Positions 13,726-25,253 of a stretch of 64,000 nucleotides of DNA are shown in pieces. Every line of letters starts with the position of its first letter. Positions within the stretch are counted from its first letter, which is position 1. The translations under genes and the position numbers were made by a program. The stretch is from Callorhinchus milii (Eukaryota), in the NCBI RefSeq assembly GCF_018977255.1, contig NW_024704743.1, positions 89,468,001-89,532,000 on the forward strand, given 5' to 3'. The notes beneath the pieces are model-generated. The model did no database searches. It was not told the DNA's origin and saw only the letters and a list, made by a program, of their open reading frames with translations.

Positions 13726-14272
13726 TAACGGATAACGTGTTCCTTTAATGGTGTAGCAATTGCTAAAGACAGAATTTCGCATGGGATACACTTTGGCCCA
13801 TACTGTAAAATAAAGACATCCTTTTATTTGTAAGATAGGTGACAACCCATCATTTTATTGCATTTATTGCCAAAGGCATTTTAGTATTCATGGTACTGTA
13901 TTTTTTTAAATTCATTTTTAAAAAGAAATCTCTTTGATTTGTATTTGTTTGTGTCTATCACCAGCACAAAATATCTCCCTGTGGAAACAAAAACAATTTA
14001 GTTTGTAAATTGAAGTAAGGCAAAAAAAAACTTTATTTGTGGCACATTGGAAGGAACATATTGATACTTTAAAATGTAGATTTATTGTAATATTGCACTG
14101 ATTTGACATAAATTCAAAAAAGGGAGAAAAATTCTGGAGCATCATTGTCTCCAGATGGATGTTATTGGATTTATCGTTAAGCTTTGCAAAACTGGCCTGC
14201 AAGTGTCCTTCAAAGTTGAATCTGTGCCTCATTAATGCCATCACCTGCAGAGTGGATTTTTTTTTGCTCAGC

Positions 14273-14588
14273 AGGGTGTCTTGACACATGCGGAAACCCA
14301 TCACCATGCTTAAGAATATCCAAACCAAACTGAGAAATTCATACATCCCACCTACACATGGAAATCCCAGTGATAGATTGTTGGAATGGAATGCACACTC
14401 TCTCCCTGGAGGTACGAAAACTGCTTACCTAATTCGGAAAGTATTAGGCGATGTTTGGCAAGAGCCAAGGCTTGGGGACCCCAGAGTGTGTGTTGAAGTA
14501 CTACTGCTGGAGTCTTACCAGCTAAAACCCCCATAATTTGCCACTGATAGTACTGTCTGGCATGCTTTCTTGCTGCTTTTCCAGCTAT
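14273..14588 (+). repeat. Repeat C, copy 2
   Basis: Same motifs in the same order. Confidence 0.88.
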
Positions 14589-15095
14589 AACAACAAAATT
14601 ACATTTATAGAGCGCCTTTCACGTCAGGAGGACATCCCACAGCGTTGAACAGTCAGGTGTTGGGGCCCGGGCATGGGGGAGGGGTGGTGTAGGGGTGAGG
14701 GAAGGCAGAGAGGTCGGCGGGAGATCAAAGTCACAGTTGAAGAGAAGGATCTTGAGACCGGCCTTGAAGGAGGCAAGGGAAGAAGCGAAGCAAAGGAACT
14801 TTGGGATGGAGTTCCAGAGTGTGGGGGCAGAGAGGCTGAAAGCACGACCACTGATGGTAGGGTGGGGCGGGCGGGAGACATGGAGCAGACCGGAGCCCGA
14901 TGAACAGAGGGAGCGGGCAAGTTGGTAGGGAGTCAGCAGGTCAGAGAAGTAGATCGCTAGTAGTCCTGGAGTTCAGGGTGGAGGCAGAGAGGTAGAGTTG
15001 GGTGTCATCCAAATACATGTGGAAATTTATCCCATGTCTGCGGATGACGTCACCAAGGGAGAGCATGTAGAGGGTGAAGAGGAGGGGACCGAGGA
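14589..15095 (-). mobile_element. L2 fragments (3' end plus RT remnant)
   Basis: Reverse-complement tail gtgaaaggcgctctataaat..ttgttg; FHMY.DDTQLY remnant. Confidence 0.85.
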
Positions 15096-15127
15096 CACTG
15101 ACCCCAGTGACTGGTCTGCCCTTTCAG

Positions 15128-15371
15128 GTCCTGCTGATGAGTCAGGCTGGCTATGCGGCCACCAGCAGTGCCCTGGAACACTGCAAACCCGCCTGGCTCA
15201 GCTACCAGACTTACGAGCCCACCACAGAAGGCTGGCTCAATTACAGCATTCCGTTGCCTGCACGTCACCTTGGAGCCAGTTCAGCCCCAAGGAGACCCCG
15301 TGGACAACTACACCTGCACTGGGACAGCTATTTTCTTGCAGTATCACCAATGAGAACACTCAGGTCCAAGG
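15128..15371 (+). other. Orphan exon-like GC-rich segment, antisense within CNBD1 intron 4; product unidentified
   Basis: ctgac...ctgccctttcag acceptor, G|gtaata donor, open frames, GC3-rich codons. Confidence 0.4.
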
Positions 15372-16194
15372 GTAATAGGTAGTTTTTTTTATATGTATAA
15401 ATATTTATTTTAAAATGTCAAGTCACATACAGCTGGAATATTGTCCCATTTCTCTGCATGGTGCTTTACACATTTCAGTGGTGGCAGAGCAAAGCACAGC
15501 TTGTATCTGACCTTATCACTGCCATTCCGCAACGTGTCAATGGAAACACCAAACCACCCCTTCCTTGTCAACCAGCCCTTGCTTACCCGAGTCTCAAATG
15601 CAGCTTCTTACCGTATCACCAGTGCTGTCAGAATTGAGAAGATTTTAATACAATTTGCACTTATAAAGCATGTTCCACGTATGAAAAAGTCTCATCGCAC
15701 TTCACAGTGATCCCAAATAGGGTAGAGGGAAGGGAGATGTAAGAGAGAGGTGACCAAAGGCACGATCAAAGATTCCCCTCTCACCCTGGTTTAGCAAAGT
15801 GGCTCCATCTGAAAATGTCTCTGTTTTAATGCTGCTCCTGATTACAGAGATCACCATTTCAATGCAGTTAAAATCAGTATGCCAACTCAGTCATTATCCT
15901 GTGAAGCGGCACTCAAATGATACCATCTGGATTTAAGATCAAAGTTGTACTGTGGTGGTGGCTGAGATTTATTTTTCAAAGGGCGATTAGGATCAAACCA
16001 ACGCTCAGGAGGATGGGAGTGGATGGTTTCATGGACATTAATTAGGAAAGGCTGAAAATAAGCAGCATTTCATATCAGATTCAATGGGACGATCATCAGA
16101 TCAAACCCGTTATAAAATGTTAGAAATGTTATCTCTTAGTTTGCAAATCAAATTTGCACATTACAGGATTACTATTGGTGAATTTAAAGAGTTC

Positions 16195-16520
16195 ACAGTG
16201 TTGCATTGTTGGAAGTACCAGTCTTCAGATGAGATATGAAACTGAAGCCCCATCTGCTTGTTCAGGTGGACGTTAAAGAGGCCATATTCAAAAGAGAAGG
16301 GAGTTTCTACCGGTGACCTGGCCAACATTCTCCCAAATAAAATTAGTCATTCACTTCATGGCTGATGATGAAACATTGCTGTGTGCAAATTGGCTGCCAG
16401 GTTCACTCACAAAACACACACAGTCACTAACTTTTATAGTATATCTTGTGACGCTCTTTGAGATTTCCTCCCAATGTGAAAAGTGCAATACCAAATGGAA
16501 GAATCATAGTATTATTATTA
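16195..16520 (+). mobile_element. SINE family B, body and tail
   Basis: Homologous to 24830-25253. Confidence 0.85.
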
Positions 16521-16550
16521 AAATGCCTTATTGAGATGGAGTGGATCTTG

Positions 16551-16928
16551 ATAATAATAAGAATCCTTGCATTTGATTTAATGCCTTATCAAATCATTGA
16601 GATATCTCAAAGCGCTTCACAGAATATACTGTAAAGTGAATTGACTGTTATATTTTGTGGGCGAAACGTAGCAGCCAGCTGCAAACAGCAGTGTCTCATA
16701 ACTAGTCATCAATTCACTCAATCTATGACTGTTTGTGGGATGTTTTTGAGGGATTACCCCAGGAAAATGATCCACCGTTCGACTAACAACCGGGTTCCTA
16801 TTTATTGCTAGGTAAACAGAGACATGTGGAATAAGGAAACTTGCCTAAAGTTTCGCCCCTCCCAAGAATTGAAGCCAGGTCCTCTCGTTTGCGAGGCGAG
16901 CGCGCTAACCAATACCCTATAGGACTCC
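16551..16928 (-). mobile_element. SINE family A, long variant
   Basis: Homologous to 36033-36361 with an extra internal block. Confidence 0.9.
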
Positions 16929-17433
16929 TGCAATTGATCACTGTGAGGGAAATCCCAGCATTGGCTGACATCAGTGTCACTAAATGGAAAGACGATTGGA
17001 ATTTAAGCGCACAAAAATTAGAGGTAAGCTAAACTTAGGTCAATTATGACGTCCTTCCGATGTGAAATGCGCCATACAAATATAATCTTGTTGTTGTTGA
17101 TTACTATTACATAACATTAATCCATACTATGGTTTACATAACTGATTTACAGGGAATCAATGCCTCCAATACAATGGTTGATAGCAAAATACATTAGGTT
17201 GAATAGTACAATTGGCAATGTACAATGGCTTAGCCAAAAGCCGACTGGATCGTCCAACTGTTGCCATTATTACCACCCAGGCACAGACAGCAGTAATTCA
17301 GTGCCATTTCACGGGATATCTATAGCGCAATTTTGTATATGGATTTTATATGCAATTTAAAAATGCATTATACTTATTCGAAACAGCCCTGAAACTGTAA
17401 ATTGGGTTGAAAGCAGACTGGTCCAGACTAGTC

Positions 17434-17434
<1 letters not shown>

Positions 17435-17465
<31 letters not shown>

Positions 17466-17759
17466 CCTTGCATTTGATATAGCGCTTTTCACGTCTTCTA
17501 GACGTCTCAAAGCACTTCACAGAATAGACTGTAAAGTGAATTGACTGTATATTTATGGGCAAAACACGGCAGCCAATTGCGCACAGCAGTGTCGTACAAA
17601 CAGTCGTGGATTGAGTGTCCAACTTATTATTGTTTTTTTTTGAGGGATTATTATCAGGCATGTGGAATAAGGAAACTTGCCCAAGGTTTTACCCTGCCGG
17701 GAATCAAACCCAGGTCTCTCACTTGCAAAGCGAGTGCTCTAATCACTGAGCTACAGGAC
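17435..17759 (-). mobile_element. SINE family A, short variant
   Basis: Homologous to 36033-36361. Confidence 0.92.
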
Positions 17760-18342
17760 AAGTCATCAACAATAGAGCAGAATACCCAACATGTATGCAA
17801 ATGCATTTAAATTCTGCATATTGCTTGCATCTTGTGACACACCTCTTTTGCAAACAGTCATAAAAGAGTCAAAGGTAATGATTTAATACTGGACCTAATT
17901 TGTTATTAATAAAATGCAGAAGCTGCAATGAATTGTAGGCTGAAATAACATGAGCACATCCATTAAAGTATCAAACTATTCTTTTGATAAAAAGTAATTT
18001 TACCAAGCGAGCTTCAGGTAGGATTTTTAAAAGAAACACTTAATCCTGTTTTCATTACAACACTCATTTATAGTTCTCCCCACACTAGGGCCTATTAGTA
18101 CACTAATAGTGTGAAACTGATGAAGCAACCACTGCACGGGTGAAAATTCATGAGCAACTTATGAGTGCATGTTTCACTTCTGTCAACTCAACCAGCACAG
18201 AGATGCAGCAAAGGGGGAAATAGCTCTTTAATCGTTCTTTAATAGCTCTTGGATGATTGCAGTCATGATTGTTGTTGCCGTCTTTTGCTGCATCAGACAC
18301 AGAATGCATTCAGGCAGTCTTAACTCAGTTCCAAGTAAGTTA

Positions 18343-18680
18343 TAATAATAATAATCCTGCATTTGATACAGCGCTTTATCACGTCTTCGAGATGTCTCAA
18401 AGTGCTTCACAGAATATATTGTAAAGTGAATTGATTTTATATTTTGTATACGAAAAGCGACAGCCAATTGCGCACAGCAGTGTCCCATAAACAGTCATGT
18501 ATTTGAGTGACCAAACTATTGTTAGTATTATTTTTTTTGAAGGGATTATTACCCCCGGAAAAGCAATCCGCCAATCGACTAACAGCTGGGTTCCTACTTA
18601 CTGCTGGTTAAACAGAAGACTGTGGAGTAAGGAAATTTGCCTAAAGCTTTACAAGGCAAGTGCTCTTACCAATCCACTAC
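18343..18680 (-). mobile_element. SINE family A, long variant
   Basis: Same body and tail; head partly deleted. Confidence 0.88.
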
Positions 18681-18930
18681 AAATTCTGCCCCCACCCTCT
18701 GGAACTCAATCGCGGAGTCCCTTCACCTCATCCCCTCCCTTGCCTCCTTCAAAGCCGATCCCAAGACCTTCCTCTTTGACCATGCCTTCAGTTATCTTCC
18801 CACTCCCATTGCTCTTGCCCTCCACCCCTTTTGATTCCAAGCCCTAGCTCGGATGCAAACCCTCGACTGTCCAGTGCTTTGGGAAGTCTTCCCAATGTGA
18901 AAAGCGCCATATAATGCAATTTGTTGCTGT
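18680..18930 (+). mobile_element. L2 3' end
   Basis: APTLWNS...SFKA..KTFLFD plus L2 tail. Confidence 0.85.
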
Positions 18931-19337
18931 TACTTTTGATAAGGGTCTCGGCAGCCGAGTGGAAAGGTAGCAGAGGTGGGCAATGTTGCGGAGGTGGGGG
19001 AAAGCAGAATGTATCAAGGCAAGGGTTTAAAAGCTACAATATACAAACACTAAACAGGATATTTCCCGTGAAACGCTTTGAGATATTTCAACATTATAGA
19101 CCCTAGTTCAAACATAAAGAACATTATTATTTATTTACTTATTTGATGGAGCCAGATGAAATGATTTAAACCATAACCCCACAGACCAACAAGTCTAATG
19201 TGTAGTGGTACCACGCATTGTGTCAGAGTTGGAGGGTGGATTACATAATGTCCTTTTTCACCTAGATGTCAATTAACACATAACAGTTGACATTTTTCAA
19301 CCCATTTTTCCCACCTTTCACAATTCAAACAAATTAC

Positions 19338-19490
19338 CTTTTTTTGAGGAGCTTGATTAGGGCTTTAATCTGCATTTTGTAATTGTCAGATGGATCTTTC
19401 ACTCTCTGCCTCTTTACTCTGCCACGATAAACCCGAATTTGGGGAGATATTTTAGATGGTACGGTTTGGACTCTCTTTTCTGATTTTTCA
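19338..19490 (-). CDS. CNBD1: CNBD1 coding exon 4 (EKSEKRVQ...QIKALIKLLKK)
   Basis: cttttactaag acceptor, AG|gtaatt donor, 153 nt, phase 2->2, open frame; ends like human ...FLAILKK. Confidence 0.8.
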
Positions 19491-19659
19491 CTTAGTAAAA
19501 GAACACAAGATATTAAGTCAAGAACAGTTTTGTCCACTTAAAATTGTTATCTCAAACTTAACATTTTTACAATATTAGATGGAAATCAATCATTTTACCT
19601 GACCACTTATCACAGTTGAACATGTAAGGTAAACATGATCAGAATTTATACCAGGCACG

Positions 19660-20312
19660 GTGCCAGATACAAGCCAAAAAGCATACGGGATACTAGGTTT
19701 TATCAATAGGGGCATAGAATTCAAAAGTCAGAAAGTTATGTTGAATATTTATAAAATGCTGGTTAGGCCTCAGTTGGAGTACTACGTTCAGTTCTGGGTA
19801 CTGCACTTTAGGAAAGATGTTAGGGCATTGGAGAGGGTGCAAAGGAGGTTTACCAGGATGGTACCAGGAATGAAGGACCTTAGTTATGAGGAGAGGTTAG
19901 TGAAACTAGGATTATTCTCCCTGGAGCAGAGAAGATTAAGAGGGGATTTAATAGAGGTTTTCAAGATCATCAGAAGATTTGATAGGTTGAACCGGGAAAA
20001 ACTGTTTCCACTGGCATGTGGATCAGTAACCTGAGGACACCGATTTAAGATAGTTGTTAAAAGAAACAGAGGGGAGGTAAGGAAAGAAATTTCAGCTGTT
20101 CGGATCTGGAATGCATTACCTGAAAGGGTAGTGGAAGCCGATTCAATAACAACTTTTAAGAGAGAAGTAGATGGGTATTTGGGGAGGACAAGATTGCAGG
20201 GCTATGGAGAGAAGGCAGGCCAATGGGATTGAGTTAGATTGCTCTTTTCGGAGTTGGCGCAGACACGATGGGCTGAACGCCCTCTTCCTGGACTGTATGA
20301 TTCTATGATTCT
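19660..20312 (+). mobile_element. CR1 LINE 3' fragment
   Basis: LVRPQLEY..QFW, LERVQRRFTRM, LEQRRLRGDLIEVFK; (GATTCTAT)n tail. Confidence 0.95.
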
Positions 20313-20314
20313 AT

Positions 20315-20545
20315 ACAAGCAGAAACTTATCACTATGCTTAACAGTATCTCAACCAGACTGATAGTTCCACACGTGCATATAACCTTCCTGTCCAAAAGG
20401 GCGCACCCTGGTCACCTAAATCTGAAAGTACCAGGTACAATTTGACGAGAACTAAAGCTTGGAAATCCCAGAGTGTGTGTTGATGTACTCCTGGAGTGTA
20501 ACCAGCAAAAACAACATAACCATAACTAGCATTCTCTCTCACTGA
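20315..20545 (+). repeat. Repeat C, copy 3 (internally deleted)
   Basis: Same motifs in the same order. Confidence 0.8.
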
Positions 20546-21537
20546 CTGTTATACAAGAGTGCAAAACAGGAAATGTGGCAACATTTGACCATTTGGATCA
20601 CTGACCATTTTATTTGTTTTTAATTATTGATCTGTAGCATTTTTTCAAAACATAAAATAACCTATGATAGAGTCAACTGTTCAAATATGGGATCAAAATT
20701 TGAAAACCCAGATTTGTTTCATAAGCTGCAACTTCTGTTTTACAAATTTCACAGCAACATTTTCGCAGACGTATCTCAAATTCCATGTTGGCAAAGTCTG
20801 AAATAAAAGTCCAACACTAAAAGTAACTGCTAATCATTCACCCCCAGAATATTATTGACTGTCTTTTTCTTCGACTTGGGACTTTTGCCATTGCTATGAA
20901 TGCCACAAACCCAGTTTGCAAATACAGTATCACAAACAAGATGTCTCATAGATATGCTGCACTGCCCTCTAGAGAATTGACATTATACATACATCTTCTG
21001 CTAACATTATGTTTACCCTCTGGCTTGTCTCTATCCCCAAACAAAAAATATGTTTTGCACCCAAACAAAAAAGGATTTTTGTACTGTTTCAAATAGATAA
21101 TGGGGTGAATAAAATATTTTTAAGCCACAATATCTACCCTATCTGCTCGATTCAAGATTTTTCCAATTGGTGTAGAAACATAGAAACAGGAGAAGGGCAT
21201 TAAGCCACTCAAGCCTGTACCCCCATTTTATAAGATCGGCACTAAAAGCACACGTTCCACAAATGACAACAATTGCAGCTGTCAGCCGACATTTCAGGAC
21301 AAACCATTGTACCAAGTTGGATCAATAGGGGGAGGGAAATTGTCATACCCAAACTGTAGTTGATTTAGACTATAATTTTCAATAGATTGATAATTATGAC
21401 CAGTGTTATCTAGCACAAAACACGTCACAATTTTCAACCCAATGTTCATTTGAGAATCATTAACTTAAAAAACAATTTTAACAAACTTTTTTTAAAAATT
21501 TCACTATTTCCACTCTAAACTTCTGAAATTGCACATT

Positions 21538-21800
21538 CAATAACAAGAACAACAAACTACACTTGTATAGCGCCCTTCATGTCGGAAAGATGTCCCGGGT
21601 GCTGGACAGACAGGGTTTTTTGGACCCGAGCTGGGACTTGGGGTCAGGAGGGGCGGAAGCCAGGGAGGGTGGAGGTGGGAGGGTGGCTGAAGGCACAGTC
21701 GAAGAGTAAGGACGTTAGACGGGACTTGAAGGAGGCAAGAGGAGGTGAGGCAGAGGGATTGCGGGATAGAGTTCCAGAATGTGGGGGCTGAGACGCTGAC
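21538..21800 (-). mobile_element. L2 3' end
   Basis: SAPTFWNSIPQSL plus tail, on the minus strand. Confidence 0.85.
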
Positions 21801-23529
21801 TAACTGATGACAGTCCATGCAATCCATATCAGAACATGATAGAGACATTTAATAGCAAGCTTATTATAATAGTGTTCCCACCTCTACTCAAACAGTAGGT
21901 ATAGAATAATTTTCAAATTAAAAAACATTTATCAACCTATTAACATAGTGAATTGATTTTTTTTTAAACCTGAACATTATTTGTCAACCCATGAACCCGA
22001 GGGCCAACATTAATGATTAACAATAAAGTATATCTTTTAAAATAGATAATTAGACTATTTAATTAAAGAAACGTCTCCCCCTTCTCTTTCTACCACCCAT
22101 ATTGCTAGCTGCCCAACAGCCACACTGTGCTCCTGGGAAGGAAGAACAGAATAATTCAGCTGGCACTCATTATCATGGACATCATCAACATCATTCTTCA
22201 ATGGACCTTGCAGGAAGCCTCTTGGAACACTGCAGGAACATAATGTACGGTCTATCTGCTTCCCTCAGGGAAAAGTGACTCTCATCAGCTGAGCCGCAAC
22301 ACTTGCAGCTAAAGGAGGAAGGATGGCAATAAGCAGTCATGAAAGCCGGTGGGAGGAAGGATAGTAACAAGTAGTCATGAAAGCTGGTGAGAGGTGAAGG
22401 AATAAAAAGAATTATACAATAATTATGTTGTCAAAAGAGCCATTTCACGATAGGAAAGAAAAGAGCTTTAAATGTTTAGAGAAAGCAACCTTATTAATTC
22501 ACTTAAATGGGTGAAGCAAAACAGAAATGCTGGAAAATTTAAGGTACAATGAACAACATCTGAAAGCTAAAGATAGGTTAACGGTATGGGTTTCTTTATC
22601 AGTGAAATTATGCAATGGAGAAAAATCTTCTGTCTATGGCAGAGGAGGGGAGAGCAGGAACAGGCAAAGAAAACAAGGCATAAATAAGAAATTAAAAAGG
22701 CAGCTGACAGGTGATTACAAATGGGGGAAATAAAATTTCCAGCAGTTCATAATGTACTTGATATGCATTTATTCTTCCCTCCCCACCCTTTCCCCAATGT
22801 GGTCTCAGCACAGTAGCTCTGTCAAAGAATTTCTCTGTGGCAAAGCTGATCCAATCATGGAGATCAAATGCAAGGATTATTATTATCAGCATTTCAATGT
22901 AGGTAAAACACAATACCAGCTTAGTTCAGTTAGTAACTCGTGAAGCAGCACGGAAATGTTGCCTCCAGGATCAAAAATCTAACTCCAGCAATTCCTAAAT
23001 ACAACATTAAGGTGACTATTATTCTTAAACAAAGCAAAAATGAGCAATCCGATGGGAGAAAGTTGGGAGGTTATTTATTACCGGGACCTACTTTACGAAT
23101 CTCACAATTTATTATTATTTATTATGACTACTTATTATGTATTATGTATTATTACTAATAATATACAATATATTAATAATAATATCCTTGCATTTGATAT
23201 ACTGCCTCTAACAAAATGTCTCAAAGCAATTTACACGTTCATCCACAAAACACAGTTACAGTTCATCCTGTGAAACATCTTGGCAATTTAATAAGACTAT
23301 CAAATGCAAGGATTTTTTTAATAATTGTGTATTTGCCACTGAATGTAGCTATTAATTTTCTCTTAGTAATGTTCCACCATCAGCCATGAATGACCAATTC
23401 ATCGGGGAATTGTTGACCAGTGCGCCAAGAGAAATTTCCTTTTCTTTGTGGCATTTTATAATACATTATGAAACGCTGCAAATTGCACCCTAAATTAGGA
23501 AATTATAAATNAAAAAGGTAAGGTAGAAA

Positions 23530-23783
23530 AGATGAGATGTTAAACTGAGATCCTTATTGCCTATTCAAGCGGATGTTAAAGATCCCATGGCATTATTTTA
23601 AAAGAGATGGGAGTTTTTCCCGATATTCTGACCAATAATGCTCCAGATAAAACTAATCATTCACTTATTGGCTGTGTGTGGGACATTGCTCTGCGCGAAT
23701 TGGCTGTTGTGTTCACCTACAAAATGCAGTCACTACACTTTGCAGTAAAATCCTGTAAAATGCTTTGAGACATCTCAATGACA
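23530..23783 (+). mobile_element. SINE family B, body
   Basis: Homologous to 24830-25253. Confidence 0.85.
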
Positions 23784-23784
23784 T

Positions 23785-24108
23785 AATAGTAATAATAATC
23801 CTTGCATTTGATATAGCGCTTTTCATGTCTTCTAGACGTCCCAAAGCGCTTCACAGAACACACTGTAAAGTGAATTGACTGTATATTTGTGGACGAACGC
23901 GGCAGCCAATTGCGCACAGCAATGTCCCACAAACAGTCGTAGATTGAAAATGACCAATTTATTATTGTTTTCGGTTTTGAAGGGATTATTATTAGGCTCT
24001 GTGTGGAGTAAGGAAACTTGCCCAAGGTTTCGCCCTGACCTGCCTGGAATTGAACTCAGGTCTCTCGCTTGCAAAGCGAGTGCTCTAACCACTGAGCTAC
24101 AGGACTCC
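23785..24108 (-). mobile_element. SINE family A, short variant
   Basis: Very similar to 36033-36361. Confidence 0.92.
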
Positions 24109-24469
24109 ACTCCACATGAGATGTCTCAAAACCCTATTATTACAAAGACTATTATTATAAATCTGAACCAGATGAAATTTCTTCACCATAGTTTCACAAA
24201 TACAGCAATGAAGCTCTTAATTGTTATTTGTTATCAAAATTGGGAAATTTCATGGCATAGCAAGTTAGAACACTGCCCTTACACTTTTTTGCGGAAAATT
24301 CACACGTGCTGTGTAGTGGCATTATGCCACCTTGATACAATTCAAATGATCAATTCATCTTTCCCTCAAAGTTCACTGCAAGAGATGTATTGCCTGCTGA
24401 GGGAATTAGAAGTAAATTTATTTGCAACTTGGAAAAAATAATTTTTGTTGTAAAATGCATTGTAATAAA

Positions 24470-24810
24470 TAAATAATAATCTTTGCATTTGATACAGCAC
24501 TTTATCACATCATTGAGACAAAGCTCTTCACAGAATATATTGTAAAGTGAATTGACTGTATATTTGTGGGCAAAACGTGGCAGCCAATTGCACACAACAG
24601 TGTCCCCACAAACAGTCATGGATTAAGTGACCACATTTTTTAAAGAAATTATTATGTCTGGAAAAGTAATCCGCCAATTGACTAACAACCGGGTCCTACT
24701 AATTACTATGTAAATAGAGGCATGTGGAGTAAGGAAACTTGCCCTCACATCGAACCCGATTCCTCTTGCTTACAAGGCGATTGCTGCAAACACTTCGCTA
24801 CAGAGCTCCA
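24470..24810 (-). mobile_element. SINE family A, long variant
   Basis: Same body and tail. Confidence 0.88.
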
Positions 24811-24829
24811 CTCCATTGCAACCACATAT

Positions 24830-25253
24830 GTGCAGTCTGGATCAGTTGACAACACCCTCGCCTCTGAGTCAGAAGGTTGTGGGTTCAAGCCCAACATCGG
24901 GACTTGGAAATTATATAGTCTAACATGACATTCCAATCCATGATTGAGGGTATGCTGCATTGTTGAAGGTGTCATCCTTAGGATGAGATAGTAAACTGTT
25001 CAGGTGGATGTTAAATATGCCATGGTATTATTTGGAAGAGAAGGGAGTTTCTCCCTGTGTCCTGACCAAGAAACTCCCCAAATAAAATTGGTCATTCACT
25101 TCATGGCTGTCTGTGCGACATTGCTGTGCTCAAATTGGCTGCCAGGTTCACCCACAAAACAGTCACTGCACTTTACGGTATAACTTGTGAAGCACTTTGG
25201 GATGTCCTCCCTTTGTGAAAGCTGCTAGATCATATGTAAGGATTATTATTATT
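24830..25253 (+). mobile_element. SacSINE1-like DeuSINE (family B), near full length
   Basis: Head cagttg..cactctcgcctctgagtcagaaggttgtgggttcaag, body ttcaggtggatgttaaa, L2-like tail. Confidence 0.85.

Noticed and set aside
14352..14534. Homologous short ORFs (QHTLW..QAL.L.K) here and at 20339-20542
   Set aside because: Both lie in repeat C, and frames are not maintained across copies.
23511..23511. Ambiguous base n (also at 33284)
   Set aside because: Assembly uncertainty at A-runs, not biology.
24040..24108. tRNA-Ala(TGC)-like gene (also near 17700, 36040, 42700, 61700)
   Set aside because: Each is the head of a SINE, fused to the SINE body and lacking a proper acceptor stem.
23875..24441. 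188-aa ORF and the many similar ORFs (MTVYLW..., ...CKDYYYY)
   Set aside because: Chance translations of SINE family A; their mutual similarity reflects repeat DNA.
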